64,000 bases of DNA from Vicugna vicugna (lineage: Eukaryota). The position numbers and the translations under genes were made by a program. The stretch is taken from assembly GCA_013265495.1 (NCBI GenBank), contig MU057801.1, positions 1,667,879-1,731,878 on the forward strand, given 5' to 3'. Shown here one piece after another: positions 1 to 9,589 of this stretch. Each line of letters opens with the position of its first letter. Positions within the stretch are counted from its first letter, which is position 1. The notes beneath the pieces were generated by a model. It saw only the letters and a list, made by a program, of their open reading frames with translations, did not search any database and was not told the origin of the DNA.

Positions 1-39
1 GAGAGAAAACGAGAAGGCACTTCCTACCCATTAAAGTAT

Positions 40-830
40 CCAGGACGCTGCTGCGGGTCGCCGAGCCGGTCCAGGTGCGGAGCACGTGAAGGCCAAGGAA
101 GGAAGCCCAGAAACCTCGCAGGCCGCCAGGAGAACGGGGTGGCCCTTCACCTCGGCATCTCCTGTTGGTCCCGGGAGCAGGCAACCCATGTGCTTGTCAG
201 GGTGCAGGGCTGAGCTCGGGCCGGGAGCCTGGCCCCTCTGCTTCCTGTCCACACGAGGAACATTCTGGAGAAGGCACGGTGAGCGCCTCCTCCAGAAAGG
301 ACGGCGTCACCGCGGGGGAAGCCGCCCGCCGTCCTGGGACACGGCCACTTCTCAGGGGCCGCCGCGCAGACCGCCAGGAGGGGCGACAACGCCAAGGAAG
401 CCGGGGATCAGGGCGGACGGGGGTGCGCCGCTTCAGCCCACTTCCGCCGTAAGCGCGAGCGCGCAGACAGTGACGCGCGCCGCTTGCCCCGTCCGCGCAG
501 CGCGGCTCGGCGCGGACACCCGGCGCGCGGGACGCGTGGTGGCGGCGTTCGCGCTCGGGGGTGCGGCCCCGCTGCCTGCCCCACGACCGCGCAGCAAGAG
601 AAAAAGAACCGGCCCACGCCGGGGGCGAGTCGGGAAAGGGTGCGAGCGTGTGAGCGGCCGTGAGGCGCTGCCTCCCGAAGGTCTGGCGGGGAGGATGGGG
701 ACGCGTGTGCCTGCTGTCGTCACAGGTGCTTCGCAGAAAGCGCAATACGAGGGAGCGCGGACTCAGATAACACCCCGATCTCACACACGCTGCCTTAAGA
801 CCTAGAGGTCATCGCGCCGAGTGACGTAGG
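40..830. promoter_or_regulatory. CpG-island promoter of an unidentified gene, probably transcribed leftward (minus strand) off the window
   Basis: Very CpG-dense. ETS/GABP core ACTTCCG at 440-446 (CGGAAGT on minus), NRF1-like gcgcgagcgcgca at ~453-465, and TGACG half-CRE at 471-475. Possible minus-strand donor TGG|GTAGGA near position 28. Direction is inferred. Confidence 0.7.
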
Positions 831-1414
831 TCGGGCAGAGAGAGACAAGTGTCACGTGATGTCACAGTTTATTTTCTATGTCTGTGAGTCTATTTCTGGT
901 TTGTAGAACAATCTGAAACTTACTTTGTAAATCAACTTCAATAAAAAGTCAAATTTAAAAAAATCATATGGCATCACTTACTTGTGGAATCTAAAAACAT
1001 GACACAAATGAGCTTATTTACAAAACAGAAACAGACTCACAGACACAGAAAAGGAACTTATGGTCACCAAAGGGGAAACGGGGGGGGGGGCGGATACATT
1101 TGGAACCTGGGGTTAACAGACACGCACTCCTGTGTATAAAACAGGTGAGCGGCGCAGGGAGCCAGCTGTGTCCAGTATCTTGTAAAACCTCTAATGAAAA
1201 AGAACCTGGAAAAGAAATACACCCACATAAATAAATACTGTATTATATGTAAGTACACACCATGTGTTATATTTTAATGTATATTATAGATGTGTGTCTA
1301 CATATAATACAACATACCAATAATATATAAGACGGAATCACTGTGCTGTACACCCGAAACTAACACAACATTGTAAATCAACTAAACGGCAGTAAAAAAT
1401 AATTAGTTAAAAAA
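799..1414 (+). mobile_element. L1 3' end (end of ORF2 plus 3'UTR, artiodactyl/camelid type), interrupted by a nested insert
   Basis: Contains gacctagag...agtga.gta.gtc...agagacaa, cacttacttgtggaatctaaaaa, tacaaaacagaaacagactcacagac and gaatcactgtgctgtacacccgaaactaacacaacattgtaaatcaact, followed by an A-rich tail. Confidence 0.85.
866..962 (+). mobile_element. Short 5'-truncated, 5'-inverted L1 insertion nested in the L1 above
   Basis: 866-905 is antisense L1 3'UTR (35/40 match to the reverse complement of 1019-1058). ~910-962 is a sense L1 terminus with aataaa and an A-tail. Candidate TSD at 851-865 / 963-977. Confidence 0.65.
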
Positions 1415-1696
1415 GACATACTAGGTCATGTAGATCGAGTTCACTCCCAAGAAAGAACCCCTTTAACAGCATGACTTTGCTGAATCTGCTGAAGGTGGGC
1501 TGTGAACGGGACCTTCACCTTCACTGATCATTTGACAAGGTGGCTTGGATTCTTTTCTCCTGGGAAAGTAGACCTTGTACCTTCTCAGAAGGAGTTCCTT
1601 TTCTTTCCTTTTTAATTTTTTTTTGATGAGGAGAGCAGTGTCTGCATTAGTGGGTCAGCTCTGCTGCAGAGATGGTCTTAGGAAGAGGTGGCAGGA

Positions 1697-1828
1697 CCCT
1701 CCGACCACAGGAGGCCCTGTTCCTGCAGCATCTTGCAGCCCTCCGACCATGGGAGGCACCCCCGTTCCTGTAGCATCTTGAAGCCCTCCGACCACGGAAG
1801 GCATCCCTGCTCCTGCAGCAGCCTGAAT
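1697..1828. repeat. Minisatellite, 3 copies of a 42-45 bp unit
   Basis: Units begin ccctccgacca at 1697, 1739 and 1784, each followed by gg.aggc..ccc.g.tcctg.agca. Confidence 0.9.
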
Positions 1829-2713
1829 CCCCACCTTCCTAATTATTGCTTCTCATCAGAAGGAACCATGTCCTTGGATCCCTGCCTTAATTGAGTTGAT
1901 GCTTACGAGGCATTGGACCAGGTTCAAAGACTGGAAGATTAGATACTTGTTTGTGCTTGGTTTTTCAGCTGGAGCATTCTGGATTTTCTCTGTTCAGCAT
2001 TCAGTACACGTTGAGTGGGTTTGGGGGAAAAGTCTGCATTGTATTTGTGTAAAATTACAAAGTATCAATGGCCTAGATCTGCTGCCATGCTTGTATGCTT
2101 TCCCTAATTTTCTTTTTATTACCCGCTGCATAATTGGAAGGCAGTGCAGCCTCCCAATTACAAGGGCCACTGACGAACACAAACAGCCCCTAGCACACGC
2201 GGGCGTGCGTCTTCCGTGGCTCCGCCTCCACGCTGTTCCTCAGACATGTGCCCAAACTTACGTCCAACTACAGGTCCTGGGGAAGGATGTCTGAGCCCAC
2301 CGGCTGATTTGCGGAAGTGAGCCCATGTGGCCAAAATGAGAAAACAGAAAGTATTCAATGGTTGAATCTATTGGCCACATCGTTAAGGTCAAAAACCTAA
2401 CCACCTAGGGCCAGATTCAATAAAAATCTGTCTGACTTTTATGCCAAGCCATGCAGGCCTGGAAAAATCAGTTTTCTGGAACTTGTAAAGCCCTCCGGAG
2501 GCAAGGCAAAGTCAGCATGCCTCCCTGTTCTTGCTCCAGGAGCTGGGGGAGGGGCGGGGGACGCTGCCAAGGCCCAGGGCAGCCACAGGGCTCGGGGTTC
2601 TCGGAGGCAGTATTGGGGGTCTCGGAGGAACACTCAGAAGAAAAAGGAGGGAAGCAAGTGCCTGTTGCCTCTTGTCAAAGTGTACGTCTCTGCGCCTGGC
2701 CCCAGCAGGTGCC

Positions 2714-3800
2714 GTTCATTCATTCACTCATCCATTTGCTTGTCCACGTAATCGTCAAACACCTGGGGGCTCCCACCCTGGCCAAGTGCTGTGCTGTGGG
2801 CTGGGAATACCGAGGTGAGAGCACACGGCCTCTGTCCTCCGTGGGACCACAGTCACAACGTAGAATCACGAAGACTGTTTATAAAGGATGGAGTGGGAGG
2901 CATCTCGTATGTCTGGGAGAGCAAGAGTCTGTCTGGGGTGCGTCTCCAAGGTGGTGACAGGTGAGAACAGCCTTGAGGCTTGGCTGCAGAACCCTGGCCA
3001 GGGGGAGGTCGAGCATATCTGACCCAGAGCGTCAGGGGCAATGGTGTGAGTCTGTGTGTGTGTGTGTGGAGTGTGTGAGCGAGAGAAGGGGAAAAGGAGA
3101 GAAAGACAGGAAGGCTGCCAACACTTTTATGCAGAACAGGTACAAGTTATCATTATCTTTGAGAAAGAGCCTGGACATATCTGGAAAATGACCTGGAGCA
3201 AAGTTGCCGCCAGAGACGGGAGAGAGCTGAACCGGGGCAGATGTGTTAGTAGTGTCATGGTGATGGACCCACGGTGCTTGGGCTGAGTGGTTGGGTGGGG
3301 AGGTGTGGGCATCGGGACTGTGTCCCACTCCTGCTGATCAGACGAGGGGCGGGGCCACGCACCTGGCTGGGGAATTTGGAGGGAAGGGCAGGTGCGAAGG
3401 CAACAGAAGAAGTGGGATATGGGCTTGCGTGCCAGAAGCGTTGGTGGGCAGCTTGGAGGGTAATTCTGGGTCAAGGATGAAGTGAATGGCATCGTTTTTG
3501 GAGTGATGATTGTAATTTGAGGTGTGAATGAGGGAAAGAGACCAAAGAGAAGAAAGCTGAGCAAGAAGAGGTAAGTCTGAGAACAAAGTCCTGGAGAACG
3601 CCTGGGTCAGGCTGAGGTGGTGGAGAGACTTGGGGTGTCACTGGTCAGCGGTGTAGAGGGAGGAAGTCAGCAGAGAATAAGGTCTCTGAATGCAAGCGAA
3701 GAGAAAGTTCCAGGAAGGCTGGGGCCAGTTTTACATTCTGCAAATCAGTCCAGCAAGAAAAGGCGTGTGCAGCTGTCTGCAGCCAGGCCGGGTTTGAGGC
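2714..3800 (-). mobile_element. Degenerate L2 fragments
   Basis: ttcattcattcactcatccattt (L2 3' tail, antisense), then gccaagtgctgtgctg...ctgggaatac and further purine-rich L2-like pieces. Confidence 0.55.
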
Positions 3801-4269
3801 CCCATGACAAGCATCCCCATTGACACATCGATCTTACAGAGGCTGCATTCTGCACCCTAAGCACGAAGGAGAAATGGTCAGAAAAGGGGGCAGGAGAGAG
3901 CGAGCTGGTGCCCACTGAGTGTGGCTTCTTGAATCTTCAGTTACTCATGGGAGACGGTCTCGTGCAGGTTGTCCCTGCCAGTCAAGGGGAGACCTGAGTT
4001 TGGGGTAACCAGTCTTGGGCATCTCTAGAATCAGCGCTCTGTAACCCCAGGGCGATTACGTTGCACGACACAGCAACGGCCTTTTCATGAACCAGGTACA
4101 AAGTACTGTTTCTCGCTGCGCCGCCTGCCATCTGGCATAAAACGGCTTGGAAAGACCGTGCAGAGTGGATTGGGATCTGCTGTCCCAGGGGACATTCCTT
4201 TTTCTCATTTTGCCACATTGGATCAGAAGATGGGGTGTGACGCTATGACGTGACCACCCAGGTAGGTGC

Positions 4270-4722
4270 TCTGTGGTCTTTAGTGGGATGCGCTCAGCTC
4301 CGCTGGTGCTGGTGCTGGCAGGACCTCGTCCACTCCCCTTGATGCTTGCTCTCTCTGGACCTTTGTTGGTTTCTCAGCCCGAGCACCTGGGACTCTGCCT
4401 GAGAGCTTCTCCCACCCCGCGGCCTCTTAGCCCGTGCCGCGGGCAGGCCAGAGACGCCCCTCCCGGGGCCTCCCTCAGATGGCAGCTACTGGGGATGCTG
4501 GGCATGACCCCCGCCCCACCTCTGAGGTCCCCCAGAGCCCCTCCGCAGGCTCCAGCTCCAGGTGCCCGGCAGAGGCGTGCTTGGTCCACACCCTCGTCTT
4601 ATTGGCTGCCTTCCCTTCCCTGTCTCATTTCCCTTCTCCCTTAGGTGGTTTCCGGGATCACTCCTAAGTTAACTCCTGGTGTCTTATTCTGAGTGCCCAT
4701 TAGTGGGTAAATCCAACCTAAC
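4270..4722 (+). mobile_element. ERVL LTR16/LTR33-like solo LTR
   Basis: 3' part cttccctgtctcatttcccttctcc...ttccgggatcactcctaa...aatccaacctaac resembles the LTR16/33 terminus. Confidence 0.5.
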
Positions 4723-5332
4723 CACCGATCAAGTTCAAACTCAAAAACTCAGAAACCTGAGCTGGTAAAATTTAGGACCAAAGAAGGGGGCTGGGACCAC
4801 ACCAGGCATAGTAGGAATGAATTTCTCAGGCCCCAAACCCAGGTCTTTATTTTTCTACTTCTAAGCGTATCTTCTCCTGGTGCCTCTTTCCATCAAGAAC
4901 AAGAGAGTCATCGCAGCCAATCCTGGGTAATCTCAGTGATTCAGCCTCTCGCCCCTCTGGTCTCTGCGGCTGGTTTACAGTCCAGGAAGCTTACACGGCA
5001 CCAGTCACCAGGAGTCGGAGGTGAGGCCCCGGCCCGGCAGGCACCGGTCTGGTGCGCTTGCTGGACAGCTGCGGGCCCGCTCGCGCCGTCAGTGGTCAGC
5101 GTCCAGCAGCGCGCCCGTGGCCCCGTCTGGACTTCTGGCCTCCTGTCGCCCAGGCCGACTCTGCCCTAGACTTCTTGCCTTCAGAGCCCCTTCACGCTCA
5201 CCTCCAGCAGTGAGCTTCTGCGTGTCCTCGGCCACGTGGAGGAACACCTGGTCACTTCAGGACCACTGGGGTGCTTGGAAGCTCTGTGAGGGCTCCCACT
5301 AGTCCATCTGTCTAAATACAATGTGAAGACAT

Positions 5333-6395
5333 CTTTTTCTTTTTTTAAATTGAGGTATAGTGGATTTACCATACTAGTTTCAGGTGTACAGCATGATTCA
5401 AACTTCTAAAGATTATATTGCGTTAATAGTTATTGTAAAATATTGCTTATCTTTCCCATGAGGTACAACAAACCCTTGCAGTTTATTTTATACCTGATAG
5501 TTTGCACCTCTTAACCCCTCCCCCCCCTGTGCCCCTTCCCTCATCGTCCCCCTCCCCCTCCCCTCTCCCCGCTGGTAACCACTATTTTGTTCTCTGTGTC
5601 TGTGAGACTGTTTCTTTTTTGTTATATTCACCAGTTGGTTTCATTTGTTTAAGGTCCACCTATAAATGATAGCGCACAGTGTCTGTCTTTCTCCGCCTCA
5701 CTTATTCCACTAAACATAATCCCCTCCAAGTCCATCCGTGCTGGTGCAAGGGGTAGAATTCCATTCTTTCTGTGGCTGAGTGGTGTTCCATGGTGTGCAT
5801 GTACCACCATTTCTTTACCCATTTCTTTGTTGCTGGACACTTAGGCTGCTTCCATGTCTTGGCTGCTGTAAATAGTGCTGCTGTGAACATTGGGGTGCAT
5901 GTGTCTTTCTGAATTAGTGTTTCTGTTCTTTCCTAGATCTACCCAGAGTGGATCACTGGATCATATGGTAGTTTTAGTTTTAGTTTTCTGAGGGACCTCC
6001 ATACTGTTTCCCACAGTGGCTGCACCAATTTGCATTCTCACCAGCAGTGTGCCAGGCCTCCCTTTTCTGCACATCCTCCCTGACAGTTGTTATCTGTGGT
6101 CTTTGTGATGATGGCCATGCTGATGGGCGTGAGGCGGTGCCTCGGTTGTGGTTTTGATGTGCGATTCCCTGATGAGTGATGGTGAGCACATTCCATGTGC
6201 CTGTCAGCCATCCGTATGTCTTCTTTGGGAAATTGTCTGTTCAAGTCTTCTGCCCATTTTTTAATTGGGTTGTTTGTTTTTGATATTGAGTCCTATGAGC
6301 TATTTACGTATTTCGGATATTAACCTCTAATCGGATACGTCATTTGCAAACATCTTCTCCCATCCAGTGGGCTGTCTTTTCATTTTGTTGATGTT
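5333..6395 (-). mobile_element. L1 3' portion (ORF2 C-terminus plus 3'UTR; L1MA9/L1_Art-like)
   Basis: T-tail then ttgaggtatag...gtttcaggtgtacagcatgattca. Minus-strand ORFs MFTAALFTAAKTWKQPKCP...WYMHTMEHHSA and [17 protein letters not shown] match L1 ORF2 C-terminal motifs. Frameshifted. Confidence 0.95.
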
Positions 6396-6559
6396 TCTGC
6401 CATGGCAGCCATTGTTAATTCTGCTAATTTCACATCACATCAAAGGAGTAGGGAGACCTCGGCTCTCACCGCCTTCTCAGGCCCCACCTGGGAAGAAAGC
6501 CCAGACAAGGCAACTCTGTTCTTGCATCTTTCTTGACCTCTGCATCTGCCACCAGCAAG

Positions 6560-6880
6560 CTCTCCGCTGGACCGCGGGCAGGACAGTTAACGCCCCCTCC
6601 GCCCGAGCAGCCTCCACCACTAACGGGCACAGTCTGGGCGGCTAAACTCCCTGGCTTCCTGAGGCCAGGAAGTGTTCTCCTCCTCCTGAGCTGTGTGCCG
6701 TCCCCTTGGGCCTGGGGCCCGCAGCCCAGGGTGTCACGCTGGTCCACACCCTCTCTGTTGGCCGTTTCTCCTCAGGTCTGGCTCCCCGGTTCCCTCTCTC
6801 CAGCGTCCTGGGATCACTTCCCAAACCAACACTGCACCCAAGTCCTGGTTACCGGCTGCCTCTCACCCAGCCTGAGACGC
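6560..6880 (+). mobile_element. LTR16/LTR33-like LTR fragment
   Basis: cctgggatcacttcccaaa...tgcacccaagtcctgg...cccagcctgagac terminal motif. Confidence 0.45.
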
Positions 6881-8014
6881 AGCGTCTCCCACGCTGGGGC
6901 CTTGCAGACCCACTGAGCCGCGCCCGCCCTCCCTATTCGCTGCGTCGAATGTGCATTTGGGTTTGTGCCTTCGGGGTGATTCGGTGGAAACATACGTCAG
7001 AGATGCTGAGCTCTGGGTTTGCTTCAGCCCACCGTTACCAAGGTGGCCCACCAGAACCCCCGGAAGAGAGTCGGCCTGGAGCGGCCAGACCTGCTCCCCC
7101 AGGGCTGGCAGGGGGGATGGCCGTGGGGGTGGGGGCGAGGCGGGGAGAGTCCCAGCCAGTCAGCTATGCAGGTGAGGGGTGGGGCCCGACAGGTGTTTGG
7201 TCGGCCTCAAAGAGTCAGCCAGCCCCCCTCAGGACAGGAGCAGCGGCAGAGGCAGGCATGGCGGGGCTCCCGCTGCAAACCCCTGGCAGGTGGGAGGGGC
7301 CGGAGGGGCGTGGCCGGGGCGTGGCCCCAGGCTTCTCCGACGCCCTTGCTCCCCCGGGGCTGCCCTCCTCCTCGGATGGGCCAGAGGGCTCTGGCGGAGG
7401 CAGGGGAGCCCGGTCTCTCTCCCTTCTGGGAGGTGAGGCTCCAGCGCAGACCCGTCTCGGCGAGTGGCTGCTCCCTGCCGGTGGAGGGCACTGGGCCCTT
7501 TGCCACCAAGCCACCAACCGGCCTCCCTCCCGTGTGCCAGAGTCGCAAGGCCGGTAATGCACCATGAAGCCAGCAGAGCAGAGAAAATATTTGCCTAAAG
7601 ATTAGCAGGGGAGCCCCTCTGGACTTCCAGCCTGCCAGGCCTGAGAAGCTCCAGGCTTTAAACACCTCAGGCCGGAGAGGGGACCACAGCCTGGCCCGCG
7701 CGCGCGCGTGTGTGTGTTCCTGGTCATACCAGCTCCTGGAGGTGTCCCCCAGGCAGGGCCTCTGAGCCCTAAGTCTGCCTTGTCAACAGTGTGACAGACA
7801 CTGGCTGCTGCTGTGGAAACTTGAGGGGGGGACTTTTCGAGACGCCCCCACCCCGCTGAGCTCCGCTGAGTCCTTGGTCTGCTCTGCTGTCCCAGGGCCT
7901 CTCGGTGTCTCAGTGAGAACTTCCCACAGAGAGAGACAGTCATCTTTCCAGGGTGCCCAAGGGGACAGGCCCAAGCAGCCCTGATGAGCGCAAAGTGTCG
8001 TTTAAGCCTGCTGT

Positions 8015-8232
8015 TTTAATTTTTTATATTTTATTTTTTATTGTGTAGTCAGTTTACAATATTGTGTCCGTTTCTGGTTACAGCACAATGTTTCAGTCTC
8101 AGATATACATACATATATTCGCTTTCATATTCTCTTTCATTGGAGGTTATTACAAGATATTAAATACACTTCCCTGTGCTGTAGAGAGTTGTTGTTTACC
8201 TATTTTATGTGTAGTAATTAGTATCTGCAAAT
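8015..8232 (-). mobile_element. Truncated camelid-type L1 3' end
   Basis: ttttttattg.gtagtcagtttacaatattgtgtc..tttctgg.tacagca...tattacaagatatt...ccctgtgct. Homologous to the copy at ~19.7 kb. Confidence 0.85.
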
Positions 8233-8924
8233 AAGCCTGCCGTTTTTAATTGCGGAAATGGAGGTAGATTTGCATATGTTCATTTTAGTGTAAGAGGGTA
8301 TTTTGAATTTCTTGTCGCAAGACTGGGGTGTGCTGGGTTGCCCTGTGGCTTAGAGTCCTTGGCCCCTGACTTCGCGTCTCCTGTACATCCCCAGCGTGAG
8401 GAGCAAAGGAAGGGACGGCCCCAGACGCAGGGCCACCCAGGGCAGGAGTGGGGACCCGGTTCTGCATCTAAGTGACCTGGTGAATGTGGTACAGCCATTG
8501 TGGCTCTGTTGTCTTCCTGCCCTCATCGCCCGGGGGTGGGGTAGGGTGGCGTGGGACAGTGTGGAATGATGCCTTGTGACGTTTCCGTGGTGGTTATGCT
8601 CACAGTCGAAGGCTCATCTTATGTATTCTGCTCTTACCTTCTAATCTTGTCCTCATGTACAGTGAGCTGAACATAAACAGATGCTTGGAGGTAACTCTGC
8701 AAAATGCAAGTGAAGAGTCAGAGACCTCAGAGGAATGCCCTCACACACAGGCAAACCCCACCCCAGAGGCTTCGGGGATGACACTGATGAACGGAGCCCA
8801 GAGGGAGACAGTGAGTCACTCAAAACGCCCCAGGAACCAGCTGAGGGGCTGGCTTTGCGTTTGCACGTTTGGTAGTTAGGAGGAGACGCTGGGTGAGGAA
8901 GTGGGAAAGCGTAACGTCTTGGAT

Positions 8925-9529
8925 GATTTTAATTTTGATATAATTTCAATACATACAAGGTATACAAACCACATTTTTCTCCTGAGCATTTGAGAACAAG
9001 TTAAAGGCATGATTCATAAAATCCTTTCCCTCCAGACACCTCGGGTTACGTTTCCGGAGAACCAGGGGCGTCTCTTATAGAACCACGATCAGAATCAGGA
9101 AAGTCAGCACTGATCGCGTACTGTCACCTGGCCTGTAGGCCACACCCAGAGTGGCCGCTGGCTCCGGTATCTGCCTGTGTCCACAGCAGCCGCTTCACGC
9201 TCCTGGGCCAGGCTTCAGTAAGGGGCCGAGCGGAACGCTCACTTAGCTATCACATCTCTTCAGTTTCATTTAATCTGGAGCAGCTCCCTGACCTCTTGCT
9301 GGCTTCCTGGCTGTGACGTTTTTGACTAGAGGCCCCTCACTTTAGGTTTGTCTGACATTTCCTCAGGATCAGATTCAGGTTATGCATTTTTGGCAAAAAA
9401 AAAAATATATACAAAACACAAAACACAAAAAACAATGCATAAAATAAATAACATGCATTTGACCAGGAGACATGTGACATTGGTTTGTCTCGCTGCGGGG
9501 AAACCATTTCATCACTCGGTGAAGGTGGA

Positions 9530-9530
<1 letters not shown>
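8925..9530 (-). mobile_element. L1MC-type 3'UTR fragment
   Basis: ggtttgtctgacatttcctcaggatcagattcaggttatgcatttttggcaa is a typical L1MC4/5 antisense motif. Upstream atcagaatcaggaaa and tctcttcagtttcatttaatctggagcag also fit. Confidence 0.7.
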
Positions 9531-9581
<51 letters not shown>

Positions 9582-9589
9582 TTGTTGTT
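9530..9589. repeat. (GAT)17 plus (GTT)3 microsatellite
   Basis: Perfect GAT run at 9530-9580, followed by gttgttgtt. Confidence 0.97.

Noticed and set aside
86..805. 239-aa plus-strand ORF and overlapping minus-strand ORFs in the CpG island
   Set aside because: Non-ATG start, low-complexity Arg/Gly/Pro/Ala composition, and open frames on both strands, as expected for stop-poor GC-rich DNA. No recognisable domain.
1697..1828. CRISPR-like periodic repeat
   Set aside because: Mammalian DNA, units are contiguous with no unique spacers, and there are no cas genes.
6706..7567. 283-aa ORF, the longest in the window
   Set aside because: Starts in an LTR-like fragment, is GC-rich, has no family resemblance, and has several overlapping open frames.
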